Shown piece after piece: positions 62,055 to 64,000 of a stretch of 64,000 nucleotides of DNA. Location of the stretch: the NCBI RefSeq assembly GCF_018350175.1, contig NC_058369.1:19966001-20030000 (forward strand). The letters are read 5' to 3'. Every line of letters begins with the position of its first letter. Positions within the stretch are counted from its first letter, which is position 1. The notes beneath the pieces are model-generated. The model saw only the letters and a program-made list of their open reading frames with translations. It was not told the DNA's origin and made no database searches. This DNA comes from Felis catus (taxonomy: Eukaryota). The translations under genes and the position numbers were made by a program.

Positions 62055-64000
62055 AGCTGGAAGCATTATACTACTTGATTTCAAAATATATTACAAAGCT
62101 ACAGTAATCAAGACAGTATGATCCTGGCATAAAAACAGACATAATGACCAATGGAATAGCCAGAAATAAACTTACACATATATTATCAACTGATCTTTGT
62201 AAGGGTACCAAGAATACACAATGGGGAAAAGGATAGTCTCTTCAATAAATGGTGTTAAGAAAAATGTATATTCACATGTGAAAGAATGAAATTTTTCATA
62301 CCATTCATAAAAATTAACTCAAAATGGATTAAAGACTTAATACATAAAACATTAAATCTTAAAACTTATATAAGAAGAAGTTCTATAAGACAACAGAGAA
62401 ATAGCTTATTGACATTAGCTATGGCAATGATATTTTGGATATGGCACCAAAAACATAAGCTTTGTTGCAAAAATAGACAAGTGGGATTTTATCAGACTAA
62501 AAAATTTCATTCTGCACAGCAGAGGAAACAGACAACAAAATGGAAAAGCAACCTATGATATTGGAGAAAATATTTGCAAACCATATATATGATAAAGTGT
62601 TAATAATCAAAATATATAAGGAATTCCTACCACTCAGTAGTGAAAAAAAACCCAGGTAACCCATCTAAAAAATAGGCAAAGGAACTGAATAGACATTTCT
62701 CCAAAGGAGACAAATACATAGATAACAGATGTATGAAAAGATGTTCAACATGACTAATCATCAGGGAAATGTGAATCAAAATCACAATGAAATATCACCT
62801 CACACGTATTAGAATACCTGTCATCAAAAAACAAAAGACAAAAGTGTTGGGAAGGATGTGGAGAAAAGGGAACCCTTGTACACACGTTAGTGACATAAAT
62901 TGGTACAGCCAGTATGGAAAACAGTATGGAGGTTCCTCAAAAAATAGAAATTAGAGAAAGATAAGTATATGATTTCACTCATATGTGGAATTTAAGAAAC
63001 ACAACAGATGAACATAGGGGAAGGGAAGGAAAAATAAGACAAAAACAGAGAGGGAGGCCAACCATAAGAGACTCTTAATTACAGAGAACAGAGGGAAGGT
63101 GGGTGGGGGGATGGGCTAAATGGGTGATGGGTACTAAGGAGGGCAGTTGTTGGGATGAGCACTGGGTGTTCTATGTAAATGATAAATCACTGGGTTCTAC
63201 TCCTGAAACTAATACTACATTGTATGTTAACTAATTTGAATTTAAATAAATAAATTTAAAATAAAAATAAATAAAAATTTAAAAATAGAAAATAGAACTA
63301 CTCTATGATCCATCAATCCCACCTTTAGGTGTACATCCAAAGGAATTTAAATTAGGATCTCAAAGAGATAGCTACACTCCCATGTTCATTGCAACATTAT
63401 TTACTCTAGCAAAGACATTGAAATAACCTAAATGCTCATCAGTGGATGAATGGGTAAAGAAAATGTGGCATATACATGCAGTGAAATATTGTTCAACCTT
63501 AACAAAAGAGAGACACCCTCCCATTTGCAACAACATAGATAAACTTGGAAGACATTATATTTTGAAATAAGCCAGACATAGAAGGACAAATATTACATGA
63601 TACCACTTATATGAGGAATCTAAAATAGTCAAACTCATAGGATCAGGGAGTAAAATGATGGTTGTCAGAGCCTGGGGGGGGAGAGGAAAATGGGGAGGTA
63701 TTAGAGACAAAGTTCCAGTTACACAAGATAAGTAAGTCCTAGAGCTCTACTGCACAGCATAGTACTTATGGTTAACAATACTGTGTTGTATACTTTAAAA
63801 ATTTGCTCAAAGGGCAGAATGTTATATTCTTATCTCACACTATAAATAAATATTAATAATTAATAGAGTGGGAAGAAACTTCTGGAGGTGTTGGATATGT
63901 TTATAGCACAGATTGTGGTGATAGTTTCACAGGTATATACTTAACTACAAACTCATTCAGTTGTATACATTAAACATACACAGATTTTCATATGCCAATC
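62055..64000 (+). mobile_element. Old L1 (L1MA-type) ORF2 end and 3'UTR, with a nested carnivore L1 3' fragment at ~62956-63280
   Basis: degenerate ORF2 C-terminus; inner insertion flanked by aaaatagaaa(t/a)taga. Confidence 0.85.

Noticed and set aside
1..64000. A novel multi-gene system, CRISPR array or prokaryotic-type operon
   Set aside because: The sequence is mammalian intron. The recurring motifs are dispersed SINE and L1 ends, not regularly spaced repeat-spacer units, and the only host coding sequence is DOCK3.

Overview
Mammalian genomic DNA, most likely from a felid: it carries near-consensus Felidae-type CanSINEs and carnivore L1s. The window lies inside the DOCK3 gene on the + strand. 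Four coding exons (12983-13131, 28942-29026, 47337-47378, 48020-48174) have canonical AG/GT boundaries. They splice in frame to KHKVDLFYKLRHVMNELIDLRRQLLSGHLTQDQVREVKRHITVRLDWGNE-HLGLDLVPRKDFEVVDSDQISVSDLYKM-HLSSRQSVQQSTSQ-VDTMRPRHGETCRMPVPHHFFLSLKSFTYNTIGEDTDVFFSLYDMREGKQI(S), which I recognise as N-terminal DOCK3 (approximately exons 6-9 by recollection of the human gene). The rest is intron dominated by retrotransposons: two full-length antisense L1s (one with an intact ORF1, neither with an intact ORF2), many 5'-truncated L1s, about 22 CanSINEs, L2/MIR/MaLR relics and two probable HAL1-like elements, often nested several layers deep with readable target-site duplications (TSDs). Nearly all ORF-track entries are repeat-derived. 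I found no convincing undescribed biological system. The most interesting observations are retrotransposition artefacts: several L1 3' transductions, an in-frame L1-in-L1 insertion, a SINE palindrome near an exon, and a speculative ORF0-like antisense frame that could splice in frame to DOCK3. Repeat subfamily names and old-repeat boundaries are from pattern recognition and are approximate.
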